From: Deltaproteobacteria bacterium
GTDB lineage: Bacteria; Myxococcota_A; Polyangia; Nannocystales; Nannocystaceae
Direction of reading: 5' to 3'
NCBI GenBank assembly: GCA_016712475.1
Contig: JADJRA010000001.1
Coordinates: forward strand, 1,477,414-1,541,413
DNA: 64,000 bases
Of this stretch, positions 37,792 through 50,422 are shown piece by piece. Each line of letters opens with the position of its first letter. The stretch's first letter is position 1. Under the pieces are notes generated by a model, which saw nothing but the letters and a program-made list of their open reading frames with translations, was not told where the DNA came from and made no database searches. Made by a program: the position numbers and the translations under genes.

Positions 37792-37939
37792 TGCTTCTCC
37801 TCGAGGCCGCCGAAGCGTCCGAGAATTCGGAACGCACCATGATGAGTAGGGCCGACCTCGCGCGCGGTAGACCTGCGGATCCGCGCTTCGATCACCCGCG
37901 GGGACCTCGCACCGTCGCAAGACGACGACGACACCACCC

Positions 37940-38980
37940 TTGGAAGGGAGCGTCGGTGCACGCAGCGCACGGCCCTGGCCTTGCGGCTCGCACGCACCCT
38001 CCGCACGCGCGGGCCAGTCGCGGCGGCGCTCGTCGTGCTGGCGCTGCTCGGGTGCCCGCTGCGGTACCCTCGAGGTGGTGGCCGATCCCCACGACGACGA
38101 CGATGACGACGACGTTCCCCTGCGTGCCCGCGCGGTGCCGGAGGTCGAGGTCGACGTCGACGCACTCGCGGCCGACCTGCAGACAGCGGCGTCACGGACG
38201 CCGGCGTACGACGACATCGACCTCGGCGGCGCCCGCGACGACGAACTCGACGGCGGCGATGACCTCGAGGACCTCGAGGCAGAGTTCGAGGAGCTCGATG
38301 AGCTGCTCGAGGCCGTCGAGCCCTCCGAGCCCTCCGAGCCGCCCGAGGAGGCCACGCAGCCACGTCGGCTCTACCTCGCCGTCGACGGTCGCCTGCACGT
38401 GGTGTCGACCGAGCGCTTCGTGATCGGCCGGGTCTCGAGCCAGTGCGACCTGACCATCGTCGACGCCAACATCTCGCGCCAGCACTGCGCGATCGAGCGC
38501 CGTGACGGCCTGTTCTTCGTGGTCGATCTGGGCAGCACCAACGGCATCATCGTGGACGGCATGCGCGTCGACGATCACCCGATCGCCGACGGTGAGGTGC
38601 TGGTGCTGTCGGGGCACCGAATCGTGTGCAGCTTCGAGCCGCCCGAGCTCGAGGCCGTCGCAGCGCCGCAGCCGATGGCAACGCCGGTTGCCGTGCGTCC
38701 GGCAGTGACCGCCCGCCTGTCACCGGTGTCGCCGGCGACCCCCGAGGCCTTCGTGGCGACGCCCACCGCCGCCCGCGCGCCGACGCCCGTGTCGATCCCC
38801 GCGGCCACACCCATGGGCTTCGAGCAACGCGTGGAGCAGCAACTCGCCGCGATGGCCGCCCAGCTCGCCGCGCTCACCTTCGCGGTGCAGCGCCTCGTCG
38901 AGCAGGGTGAGTCGCTCAAGGGCGTCGAGGCGCTCGCGCAGGTGATCCAGCGCCGCTTCGAGCAGAGCAAGCGCGGCTAG
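37940..38980 (+). CDS. FHA-domain protein with poly-Asp/acidic N-terminal region
   Basis: FHA core (RFVIGRVSSQCDLTIVDANISRQHCAIERRDGLFFVVDLGSTNGIIVDG). ORF track start is TTG 37940. Alternative in-frame GTG at 38075. Confidence 0.65.
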   Translation: MEGSVGARSARPWPCGSHAPSARAGQSRRRSSCWRCSGARCGTLEVVADPHDDDDDDDVPLRARAVPEVEVDVDALAADLQTAASRTPAYDDIDLGGARDDELDGGDDLEDLEAEFEELDELLEAVEPSEPSEPPEEATQPRRLYLAVDGRLHVVSTERFVIGRVSSQCDLTIVDANISRQHCAIERRDGLFFVVDLGSTNGIIVDGMRVDDHPIADGEVLVLSGHRIVCSFEPPELEAVAAPQPMATPVAVRPAVTARLSPVSPATPEAFVATPTAARAPTPVSIPAATPMGFEQRVEQQLAAMAAQLAALTFAVQRLVEQGESLKGVEALAQVIQRRFEQSKRG

Positions 38981-38981
38981 G

Positions 38982-39509
38982 ATGATCGAGGTTCGCGCGA
39001 TCGATCGTTCCCAGGAGCACGCCGGCGTCGCGGCGATCGACACCGCATTCGAGACCTCGACCATCTACGAGCTCGCGATCGAGTCGACGCGGCTGGTCCT
39101 GCGCGAGATTGCGCTGGCGACACCGCACGTCAAACGCTACCCCATCGCAGAGGTGTTCGAGCCGTGGTCGTCGTGGGAGCACGGCTTCGTGGCGTGCGAC
39201 GGCGAGACCATCTGTGGCTTTGCGGCGGTCGAGTACGTACCGTGGCACCGACGACTCGTGCTCTGGCACCTGTATGTCGATCGTGCGCGCCGACGCGAGG
39301 GCATCGGCCGCGCGCTGCTCGAGCACGTCGAAGCCCATGGCCGCGCCTGCGGCGCGACACGGGTGTGGCTCGAGACCAGCACCGTCAACGTGCCTGGCAT
39401 CGTCGCCTACGCGCGCCTGGGCTACACGCTGTGCGGCGTCGATGCCCACTACTACGAGAACACCCCCGTCGCCCACGAAGCAGCGGTCTACCTCAGCAAG
39501 CCGCTGTAG
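38982..39509 (+). CDS. GNAT-family N-acetyltransferase
   Basis: GNAT motif A region (RRREGIGRALLEHVEAHGRACGATRVWLET). Starts 2 nt after the FHA gene stop. Confidence 0.7.
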   Translation: MIEVRAIDRSQEHAGVAAIDTAFETSTIYELAIESTRLVLREIALATPHVKRYPIAEVFEPWSSWEHGFVACDGETICGFAAVEYVPWHRRLVLWHLYVDRARRREGIGRALLEHVEAHGRACGATRVWLETSTVNVPGIVAYARLGYTLCGVDAHYYENTPVAHEAAVYLSKPL

Positions 39510-39616
39510 CGCGCAGCGAGCAGCTCGAGGTCTTCTGCCCTGCCGGCCTCCTGCGGAAGGTGTCCCTGCCCGCGCCATCGGGAATGCCGAGGGCGCGCGA
39601 CGGGTGGTGATGCAGG

Positions 39617-40030
39617 ATGTCATCGCCTCCGCATGCCGCCCTGGATTCGAAGCGACGTGCACTGGAGGAGCTGAGGAGCGCGGACCTCATCCTCCTCGGG
39701 GTCGGCACCGGGTCTGCAGGTGTGCCACTGTCGGGGATGATCGGTCGGTGGTCGCTGCTCGACTGGTTCACGGGCGACTCGGTGAGCAATGAGATCGCGG
39801 CGGCGCAGACCCACGTCGACGGCGCGGTACTCGAGGCCCAAGCCCACCTCCGCCGCGCGCTGAGCCTGGTGAACGGTGAGGGCTGGACGAACGGTGTCGC
39901 CAATGACGGCAACCAGCTGCTGCTGCACACCGCGGTCGGCCTGCGACGGGCGACCCGCGAGTTCTTCGATCGGATCCTCGCCAACGATCCGCAGCTGCAG
40001 GCACAGATCGCCCCGCTCGGCGAGTGGTAG
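39617..40030 (+). CDS. hypothetical protein
   Basis: 137-aa ORF with ATG start and consistently high GC3. No family recognised. Confidence 0.4.
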   Translation: MSSPPHAALDSKRRALEELRSADLILLGVGTGSAGVPLSGMIGRWSLLDWFTGDSVSNEIAAAQTHVDGAVLEAQAHLRRALSLVNGEGWTNGVANDGNQLLLHTAVGLRRATREFFDRILANDPQLQAQIAPLGEW

Positions 40031-40084
40031 CCACGGTCGACGCCGCGACGTCGACCGTGCTGATGACCTTCGCGACAGCGGCCG

Positions 40085-40567
40085 CTACTGGTGCTTCTCG
40101 CCCGCGACCTCGATGAGCGCATGGAAGCCGTCATGCACCTTGGTGAACGCGGCATCGAAGCTCGCACGATCACCGGCGCACACCGTCTCGAGCTCCTTCA
40201 CGGACGCCGTGAGCGCGGCGGCCTTGGTCTTCCACGCGTCATCCTGGCCGTTCGCGGCGGCCGGCACCGGCTCGGCCTCGATCGCCGCGGCCTTGCCCGC
40301 GAGATCGGCCGACGCCGCGCAGGTGTCCGCGACGCGCTTCTCACCGGCGTCGGCGTGCCACAGCGGCGACAGCACGTCGTGGAAGTTCTTCACACCGCCC
40401 TCGAAGGCGTGCTGATGGGCGGGCTCGCCCTGATGTTCACCCTGGTGCTCGCCCTCGGCACCGGCCGACGCGGTCGCGGCGGTGTCGTTGGGCGTGGTGG
40501 TGTCCTTCTTCGAGCAGCCCGCGAGGGCCACGGCGACGACGAGCAAAGTGGAGAGGCGGTGCGTCAT
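40085..40567 (-). CDS. hypothetical lipoprotein
   Basis: MTHRLSTLLVVAVALAGCS lipoprotein signal, His-rich stretch EGEHQGEHQGEPAHQHAFEGG, helical C-terminus. Confidence 0.55.
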   Translation of the reverse strand: MTHRLSTLLVVAVALAGCSKKDTTTPNDTAATASAGAEGEHQGEHQGEPAHQHAFEGGVKNFHDVLSPLWHADAGEKRVADTCAASADLAGKAAAIEAEPVPAAANGQDDAWKTKAAALTASVKELETVCAGDRASFDAAFTKVHDGFHALIEVAGEKHQ

Positions 40568-40638
40568 GCGGCACCCAGTACCCGCCGCGGGCGGCGAGCG
40601 TCAAGCCGCCACGGCGCGCAAAAACACCACCGTGGCGG

Positions 40639-41661
40639 TCAGAGCTTCCAGAACCGCTGCTGTCGCTGTTGGGCCGCACGCAGATCCTGCTCGGCGCGAC
40701 CGCTGGTACGGCGGTCGTTGGTCGGTGCCACGGCGCCGGCAAGCACGTCGATGCAGGCGTGCACGCTCTTGGCCAGGCCCGCGAGGTCGTAGCCGCCCTC
40801 GAGCGTGAGCACCATGCCGATCTCGCGGCGCTTGGCGAAGCTCTGCAGCTTGCCACAGAGGTTGGCGAAGCCGTCCTCGGTGAGTGCCATGCCACCCAGG
40901 GGGTCGTCGCGGTGGGCGTCGAAGCCGGCCGACACCAACACGAAGTCGGGGTCGTACTGCTCGGCGATGGGCAGTACCAGCTCGTCGAACACGCGCGCGT
41001 AGTCGCCATCGGCGGCGCCGGCCTGCAGCGGCACGTTCACGGTGTGGCCCAGGCCCGCGCCGATGCCGACCGCCGAGGTGTCGCCGGTGCCGGGGTAGAG
41101 CGGGAACTGATGCAGGCTGCAGAACAGCACCGAGTCGGTGTCGTAGAAGATCGACTCGGTACCGTTGCCGTGGTGGACGTCCCAGTCGACGATGAGGATG
41201 CGCCGCTTGAGATGTACCGCGCGCGCGTGGGCGGCCGCGACCGCGACGTTGTTGAACAGGCAGAAGCCCATCGGTCGGCCCGCGACCGCGTGGTGACCGG
41301 GCGGGCGCACCAGCGCGAACGCGTTGCCGACGTTGCCGGCACACACCTCGTCGACCGCCTGCACCGCAGCGCCGGCCGCCAACGCAGCTGCGCGCACGCT
41401 GCTCGGTGACACGTGCGTGTCGGGATCGAGGCTGCCGTACTGTCCCGCGAACGCGCCGACGCGAGCGATGTGCTCGAACGTGTGGACCCGCGCGATCTGT
41501 TCTTCGGTCGCGGGCTTGGGCGCATCGATGCGCAGGTGGGTGGTGGTTCGCAGGCTCAGCATCGCCTCGATCGCGCGCAGGCGATCGGGTCGCTCCGGAT
41601 GACCGGGACCAGGATCGTGTTCGATCATCCGGTCGTCGTAGAGCAGGAGCGTCTCGAGCAT
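40639..41661 (-). CDS. histone deacetylase / acetoin-utilisation (AcuC-like) family deacetylase
   Basis: ATG at 41661 inside ORF 40639..43173 gives [10 protein letters not shown]. Conserved RPPGHHA and [10 protein letters not shown] motifs. Long upstream ORF extension is antisense junk. Confidence 0.75.
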   Translation of the reverse strand: MLETLLLYDDRMIEHDPGPGHPERPDRLRAIEAMLSLRTTTHLRIDAPKPATEEQIARVHTFEHIARVGAFAGQYGSLDPDTHVSPSSVRAAALAAGAAVQAVDEVCAGNVGNAFALVRPPGHHAVAGRPMGFCLFNNVAVAAAHARAVHLKRRILIVDWDVHHGNGTESIFYDTDSVLFCSLHQFPLYPGTGDTSAVGIGAGLGHTVNVPLQAGAADGDYARVFDELVLPIAEQYDPDFVLVSAGFDAHRDDPLGGMALTEDGFANLCGKLQSFAKRREIGMVLTLEGGYDLAGLAKSVHACIDVLAGAVAPTNDRRTSGRAEQDLRAAQQRQQRFWKL

Positions 41662-41862
41662 GCGCAACTCCGGCGAGCCGACCGGGCTCGCACGACGCGA
41701 GCCCAGACACCGCCGCCGAGCATAGCGGCACAGCGTGGGAGATCGCAGCCCCGTCGTGGCGACGTTGACGAACGCGGCCAAGCCCCGGAAACTCCGGCCG
41801 TCGTCGCCTGGCCCCCGCGGTCGCGAGAGGGCACCGCGCGCAAACGACCGGAGCAAGCATCC

Positions 41863-43194
<1,332 letters not shown>

Positions 43195-43219
43195 CGCAGC
43201 CCGGCTGGCACGGCGAGGG

Positions 43220-44128
43220 CTACTTGGTGGCCTTCGCGTCGGCCTTGCCGTCCTTCGCGTCGGCCTTCGCCTCGACCTTGCCGTCCTTCGCGTCGGCCTT
43301 CGCCTCCGCCTTGCCGTCCTTCGCCTCGGCCTTCGCCTCGACCTTGGCGTCGGCCTTGGCGTCGGCCGGGCAGGCCTCCTTGTGGCCGAGTCCGCAGGCC
43401 TTCTCCTTCATCGCCACGGCGCCCTTCTTGTCCTTCTTGCCGCCGAGGCCCTTCTCCATCGCGAGGCCGAGGTTGAAGCAGCCGACCGCATCGCTCGCGT
43501 CGCAGGCGGTCTGGAACGCCGCGCGGGCCTTCTTCGCGTCCTTGGGCCCGCCCTCGCCGAGCATCATGAGGCGCGCCTCGGACACGCATGCCGGCATCTG
43601 GCCCGACTGGCACACCTGCGCGTAGAGCTCGCGCGCCTGGGTCTTGTCCTCGGGCGTGCCCGTGGTCTCGAACGAGCTCGCCGCGGCGTGGCACTCGTTC
43701 ATGTCACCGGTCTCGCACGCCGTCAGGTGCAGCTCGCGGGCGGCCTTCGGATCGGCCGGCCCACCGACGCCCGCGTCGAGCATCGCGGCGTAGTAGGTGC
43801 AGCCGATCTTGTGCCCGAGCGCGCAGCCCTTCTCGTAGAACTCGCGCGCCTTCGCGGCGTCGGCCGGACCCTCCTTGCCCTGCTCCCACATCACACCGAC
43901 CGACGTGCAGATGTCACCCTTGCCACCCTCGCAGGCCTCGGTCTGGAGCGTGCGCTGGTCCTTGGGCTTCTCGTCCTCTTGCTTGTCGTACATCCCGGGG
44001 GCATCGGGATCCGTGGTGGGCGAGATGGTCGTGGCGGTCGCATCGGGGTCGACGGTGCTGGTGTCCTTGTTCTTCGAACACGCGATGCCGACCAGGCCGA
44101 TGCACAACGAGAGCGCGAGACGCTGCAT
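43220..44128 (-). CDS. Sel1/TPR-like repeat lipoprotein with Lys/Ala-rich histone-H1-like tail
   Basis: [17 protein letters not shown] lipobox. Several Sel1-like repeats ([27 protein letters not shown]...). C-terminal AKADAKDGK(V/A)EAK repeats. Confidence 0.65.
   Translation of the reverse strand: MQRLALSLCIGLVGIACSKNKDTSTVDPDATATTISPTTDPDAPGMYDKQEDEKPKDQRTLQTEACEGGKGDICTSVGVMWEQGKEGPADAAKAREFYEKGCALGHKIGCTYYAAMLDAGVGGPADPKAARELHLTACETGDMNECHAAASSFETTGTPEDKTQARELYAQVCQSGQMPACVSEARLMMLGEGGPKDAKKARAAFQTACDASDAVGCFNLGLAMEKGLGGKKDKKGAVAMKEKACGLGHKEACPADAKADAKVEAKAEAKDGKAEAKADAKDGKVEAKADAKDGKADAKATK
43229..43366. repeat. imperfect ~27-nt tandem DNA repeats encoding the Lys/Ala tail
   Basis: gccttcgc(g/c)tcggccttgccgtccttcgc units repeated ~5 times. 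Confidence 0.6.
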
Positions 44129-44349
44129 GTCCTGCGGTCTACCGCCGTGCCGCCGCGCGAAGCAACCGCGAAGCGCGATGCGGCGCGAAACCCCGCGCGG
44201 CCGACCGTCCGGCCACGCGCACCGGTACGGGCGCCCGGGCCGGCACGATCCCCAGACACCCGAGCGGAACCGCCACGGGGCAGACGTGTACGTACGCTTG
44301 GCGTAACCTCGGTGTGCCGCGCCGCATCGTCGGACGCGATGGAGACCGG

Positions 44350-46341
44350 ATGCGCACCGTCATCGATCGCGCCCTGCTGCACCTCGAGCCCGGGCAGCAC
44401 CAACCCGCACGCGACATCGGTGGCGTCGAGGCGGCGACGTGCGAGTGGCTCGAAGCCGACGGCCTCGGTGGCTTCGCCTCTGGCACGGTGCTCGGCGTCC
44501 GCACGCGCCGCTACCACGCCGCGCTGTTGGTCGCTGCGCAGCCACCCACCGATCGTTTCGTGCTCGTGCAGGGCCTCGAGGCCTGGCTCGAGACCGACAC
44601 CGGCGTGTACGCGCTGAGCTCGAACCTCTACGACGGCGAGGTCGTGCACCCCGATGGCGTCGCGCATCTGCGCGAGTTCCGACACGACCCGTGGCCGCAG
44701 TGGCGCTACGACCTGCCCGACGGCACGCGCATCGTCGCCGAGCTGTTCGTGCCGCGCGGGCTCGCGATGGTGGCGTGCAGCTGGACCCGCGAGGGCGGTC
44801 GCGGCACCGCGTTCCTGCGCGTGCGGCCGATGCTCGGGCCCCGCGACCCCCACGGCCTGCACGTGATGAACGACGACCTCGTCGAGGGCGTGGCGATGCG
44901 GGACCGTCGCGTGATCTGGCGGCCCTACGAGGGCGTGCCCGCAATCGAGGCGCTCTGCTCGGGCACCTACGAGCACGCACCCGAGTGGTTTCGTCGGGTG
45001 CTGTACCTCGAGGAACGCGCGCGCGGCCTGCCCGATCGCGAGGACGTGTTCTCGCCCGGCGAGTTCACCTTCGAGCTGGGCAACGAGCGCGCGGAGCTAT
45101 TGCTCGGCACGACCGCCGCGATGGACGGACTGGCGGGTGAGCCCTCGGCCAAGGCCGCGGCCGCGCAGCTGCGCACCCGCGAGCTCGAGCGCCGCAAGCA
45201 CGCACTGTTGCGGGCGCGCGACGCCTACGTGGTGCGCCGCGGCGAGGGGGCCTCGATCATCGCAGGCTACCCATGGTTCGGTGAGTGGGGCCGCGACACT
45301 TTCATGGCGATGCGTGGGCTGTGCATCGCCACCGGCGCGCTCGACGAGGCGGCGGGGATGATCGACGCGTGGGTTGCCGAGGTCAGCGAGGGCATGGTGC
45401 CCAACCGCCTCGCAGAGCGGGGCAGCACCCCCGAGTACAACTCGGTGGACGCTTCGCTGTGGTTCGGCATCGTGGTGTGCGAGCTGGTCGCGGCGTTTGC
45501 CAAGGCCGCGCGTCCGCTCGAGGACGCACGCCAGCGCGCGTGGCTGTCGGCGGTCGACGCCATCATCGACGGCTTCACCGCCGGGACCCGCCATGGCATC
45601 CGCGTCGATGACGACGGCCTGGTCGCCGCCGGCGAGCCGGGCCTGCAGGTGACATGGATGGACGCCAAGGTCGACGACTGGGTGGTCACGCCGCGCATCG
45701 GCAAGCCGGTCGAGGTGCAGGCGCTGTGGTGCAATCTGCTCGCGCTCGCGTCGGTGCACCGGCCCGAGCTCGCGGCGCGCTGCGAGCTCGCGCGGGCATC
45801 GTTCGGCAAATTCGTGAACGACGAGCGCGGCATCCTCTTCGACGTCATCGACGTCGACCACCAGGCGGGTCGCACCGACGGCAGCTTCCGGCCCAATCAG
45901 ATCTACGCCGTCGGCGGTCTGCCGCGCGCGGTGGTCGACGGCGCGGTCGCACGCCGCATCGTCGACGCGATCGAGCGCGAGCTGCTGACGCCGATCGGAC
46001 TGCGCTCGCTGGCCCCCGGCGACCACGGTTACGCGCCGCGATACCTCGGTGGCATCCGCGAGCGCGACGGCGCCTATCACCAGGGCACGGTGTGGCCACA
46101 CCTGATGGGCGCGTTCGTCGACGCCTGGCTGCGCGTGCACGGCCGCACCCGCTCGAGCATCTCTGAGGCGCGCGAGCGCTTCTTGGCGCCGCTGCGCGAG
46201 CACCTCGGTCATGCCGGCCTCGGCCACGTGTCCGAGATCGCCGACGCCGAGGCGCCGCACACCCCCCGCGGCGCGCCGTTCCAGGCCTGGGGCCTGGGCG
46301 AGCTGATCCGCATCGAGGCGCTGCTCGCCGACGACGCGTGA
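44350..46341 (+). CDS. glycogen debranching enzyme family (amylo-alpha-1,6-glucosidase, GDE_C)
   Basis: ATG at 44350 with GGAG 5 nt upstream, 663 aa. GDE_C-like region GYPWFGEWGRDTFMAMRGL. Confidence 0.7.
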   Translation: MRTVIDRALLHLEPGQHQPARDIGGVEAATCEWLEADGLGGFASGTVLGVRTRRYHAALLVAAQPPTDRFVLVQGLEAWLETDTGVYALSSNLYDGEVVHPDGVAHLREFRHDPWPQWRYDLPDGTRIVAELFVPRGLAMVACSWTREGGRGTAFLRVRPMLGPRDPHGLHVMNDDLVEGVAMRDRRVIWRPYEGVPAIEALCSGTYEHAPEWFRRVLYLEERARGLPDREDVFSPGEFTFELGNERAELLLGTTAAMDGLAGEPSAKAAAAQLRTRELERRKHALLRARDAYVVRRGEGASIIAGYPWFGEWGRDTFMAMRGLCIATGALDEAAGMIDAWVAEVSEGMVPNRLAERGSTPEYNSVDASLWFGIVVCELVAAFAKAARPLEDARQRAWLSAVDAIIDGFTAGTRHGIRVDDDGLVAAGEPGLQVTWMDAKVDDWVVTPRIGKPVEVQALWCNLLALASVHRPELAARCELARASFGKFVNDERGILFDVIDVDHQAGRTDGSFRPNQIYAVGGLPRAVVDGAVARRIVDAIERELLTPIGLRSLAPGDHGYAPRYLGGIRERDGAYHQGTVWPHLMGAFVDAWLRVHGRTRSSISEARERFLAPLREHLGHAGLGHVSEIADAEAPHTPRGAPFQAWGLGELIRIEALLADDA

Positions 46342-46419
46342 CCACGGCCGTGGGCGACAGCCGGGCGCCGAGCCGATCCGCTCGAGATCGGCGATGATGG
46401 TCGCCGCGACGACGCTGAG

Positions 46420-47036
46420 ATGGCACATCCGTTCACCACCGACACCGCGCGTCGACGCCTGCAGGCGGCCGCCGACGCGATCGAGGCCCGCAGCAGCGCA
46501 GAGGTCGTCATCGCCGTGCGAGTCGCCGCCACCGACGTGCGAGCGGCGGCACTGCTGGGCGGCACCGCGTGCTCGTTCTTCGGTCTGCTGGTCTCGCTGT
46601 TCGCACCGCCGGAGTTCTCGCTCGCGTCGATCGCCGCGCTCGACGTGGCGTGGTTTCTCGTGGGCGTGCTCGCCGTGACGGCGATGCCGGGGCTCGCCCG
46701 TCTGCTGAGCGCCGAGGCCGGTCTCGTGGCGCGGGTGCGCGCCGCGGCCCGGGCGTGCTTCGTCGAGCTGGGCGTGCACACGACCCGCGGTCGTACCGGG
46801 CTGCTGGTGTTCATCGCGCTGCGCGAGCAACAGATCGTCGTCGTCGCCGACACGGCGATCGATCGCGGCCGGGATCCTGAGCTCGCCCGCGCACTCGCGG
46901 CCATCGAGGCCATCGGCCACGAGGTCGGTCTGACCGAGGAGGCCCTCGGCACGCTCGAACGCGGGCTCGAACGGCTGGGCGACGTGCTGCACGAACGCCT
47001 GCCGCGCGCAGCCGACGACGTCGACGAGCTGGGGGC

Positions 47037-47046
<10 letters not shown>
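46420..47046 (+). CDS. hypothetical membrane protein (possibly TPM/YgcG-like)
   Basis: Two predicted TM segments. C-terminal GRTGLLVFIALREQQIVVVADTAID resembles TPM-domain motifs. Confidence 0.45.
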
Positions 47047-48554
<1,508 letters not shown>

Positions 48555-48580
48555 ACGACGCGGGCCCACGCGCCGCGGCT

Positions 48581-50422
48581 TCAGGGCCGCGGACCGTAGG
48601 TCGGCAGCTCGTCGCCGAGCTCGTACGCGCCGAGATCGGGCGCGGCGCCGTCGTGGGCGAAGCCCGGGATGACCGCACCGGCATCGACCGCGACCGAGCC
48701 GGCGGCCAGGCGTAGGTCGGGCGCCGCGGCGGCGGGGAACGCTGCGCTCGGCACCGCGACGGCGGCAGCGAACACCGAGGCGTCGATCTCGATCGCGTGC
48801 ACCTCGCTGGTGTTGGCCTGCAGCTCGGCGAGGCTGCTGAATGCGGTGCCGCCGAGGTCGCCGGTGAACATGCCCGCGGCAGAACCGTAGCCGTCGTAGT
48901 CGAGATCGAACTGGGTGATGGCGGCGAGGTCGATGACGTCGCCCTCGCCGTTGTCGTAGCCGGCGTAGGTCGCCCCCGGGCCGCCGAGGAAGAGGTTGTT
49001 GCGGAAGTGCTGCCGCGCGAACACGTCCTCCGTGAAGGTGCTGAGTGCATCGCCCATCTTGACGACGGTGTTGTGCCAGCCGACGTCGCCGATGCTGCCG
49101 CGCTGCAGCTTGAAGGCCTGGAACGCGGCGTTGTAGATCGCGTTGCGCACGAAGTAGCTCGGCCCCCCGAGCGCGGGCTGCGACGAGATGCCCATGAACA
49201 CGTTGGTCAGACGATTGCCGATGACCCGGCAGTCGTGGAAGCAGAAATCGGCCTCGATGCCGTCGTCGGCCCCCTCGGAGATGTCGTTGTAGAGCACGTC
49301 GATCGACCACTGATCGATCGCACCGTCGTCCTCGATGAACGAGATGCAGTCACGGAAGCCGCGCACGCGGTTGTGCTCGATCACGTGACCGGGGCCGGTG
49401 ACCTCGATGCCCTCGCCGATGTTGTCGCCGTCGACGCCGAGCGAGCCCTCGGCCCAAACCGTCGCGCCCTCGACGAGGTTGTCGGCGATATAGAGGTTCT
49501 CCGAGCGGGTCTTGGTGACGATGCCGTCGCCCTCGGTGATGACGTGGTTGCCGATGAACGCGAGGTCGAGCGCATCGTTGAACTTGATCTGCCCGTGGAC
49601 CTCGAGACCCTGCACGATCACGTGGGCACGACCATCGAGGCGCACCTCGCCGTCGACGACGACCGCGCCTGCGGCACGCACGACGATCGGCGCGTCGGCG
49701 GTGCCGTCGACCGGGAACGTGAAGCTGGCGTAGGTGCCGGCCGCCAGCTCGAGCACGTCGCCGGGCTGGGCCGCGGCGGCCGCGGCCGCGAAGCTGCCGG
49801 GATCGACCGCGATCACCGGTGCACCCGGCATCGCCGCGGGCACCGGCCGCGTCGACGCGGTGAGCGTGCGGATCTCGCAGCCGCCATCGGGATCCGACAG
49901 CGCCAGCTCGACCTCGTAGGCGGTGCCCGGCGACAGCCCGAACACGGTGCCGACGTGGCGATTGGGCCACTCGAAGCCCTCGAGCGCACCGGCCGGCGTG
50001 CGACGCAGCGGCGTGCCCTCGTGCCAGCTGCCGCCGGGCTCGCGCCAGCGCACGGTGACGACGCCGTTCTCGTTGGTGTCGCCGTCGACGAGCCACTGCA
50101 CGGTGAGATGCTCGAGGGTCGGCGACGGCAGCGTCGCCTCACCCGGTGTGGTACCGAGCGCATCGACGGCGTCGCCGATGCCATCGCAATCGGGCGGCGG
50201 TGGCTCGGTGGTGTCGCCGCTACTCGCATCGGCGCTGTCGCTGCTGTCGCCGATGGTGCCGTCGGTGCCCGCGGTCATCGTACCGGCGGTCATCGTGCCC
50301 GCGGTCATCGTGCCCGCAGTCATCGTGCCGGTGCCGCCGCTGTCGGCTGCGTCGCCGTCAGGGTCGCCGCGGTGACACGCGAGCAGGAGCAGCACGCCGA
50401 GGGCGAGATGGCCGTAGGTCAT
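48581..50422 (-). CDS. right-handed parallel beta-helix (pectate-lyase-fold) lipoprotein with FN3-like domain
   Basis: ATG at 50422 gives [19 protein letters not shown] lipobox. TMTAG x4 repeat. Beta-helix repeat signatures (GNHVITEGDGI, NRVRGFRDCISF, GNRLTNVFMGIS). Confidence 0.65.
   Translation of the reverse strand: MTYGHLALGVLLLLACHRGDPDGDAADSGGTGTMTAGTMTAGTMTAGTMTAGTDGTIGDSSDSADASSGDTTEPPPPDCDGIGDAVDALGTTPGEATLPSPTLEHLTVQWLVDGDTNENGVVTVRWREPGGSWHEGTPLRRTPAGALEGFEWPNRHVGTVFGLSPGTAYEVELALSDPDGGCEIRTLTASTRPVPAAMPGAPVIAVDPGSFAAAAAAAQPGDVLELAAGTYASFTFPVDGTADAPIVVRAAGAVVVDGEVRLDGRAHVIVQGLEVHGQIKFNDALDLAFIGNHVITEGDGIVTKTRSENLYIADNLVEGATVWAEGSLGVDGDNIGEGIEVTGPGHVIEHNRVRGFRDCISFIEDDGAIDQWSIDVLYNDISEGADDGIEADFCFHDCRVIGNRLTNVFMGISSQPALGGPSYFVRNAIYNAAFQAFKLQRGSIGDVGWHNTVVKMGDALSTFTEDVFARQHFRNNLFLGGPGATYAGYDNGEGDVIDLAAITQFDLDYDGYGSAAGMFTGDLGGTAFSSLAELQANTSEVHAIEIDASVFAAAVAVPSAAFPAAAAPDLRLAAGSVAVDAGAVIPGFAHDGAAPDLGAYELGDELPTYGPRP
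50271..50332. repeat. 15-nt tandem repeat x4 (encodes TMTAG)
   Basis: ggtcatcgtgcccgc repeated four times with minor variation. Confidence 0.6.

Noticed and set aside
37860-37900. Sigma-54-like TGGTGCG...GAAT element upstream of the precursor peptide
   Set aside because: The -12 element does not match TTGC(W). No enhancer-binding protein is nearby.
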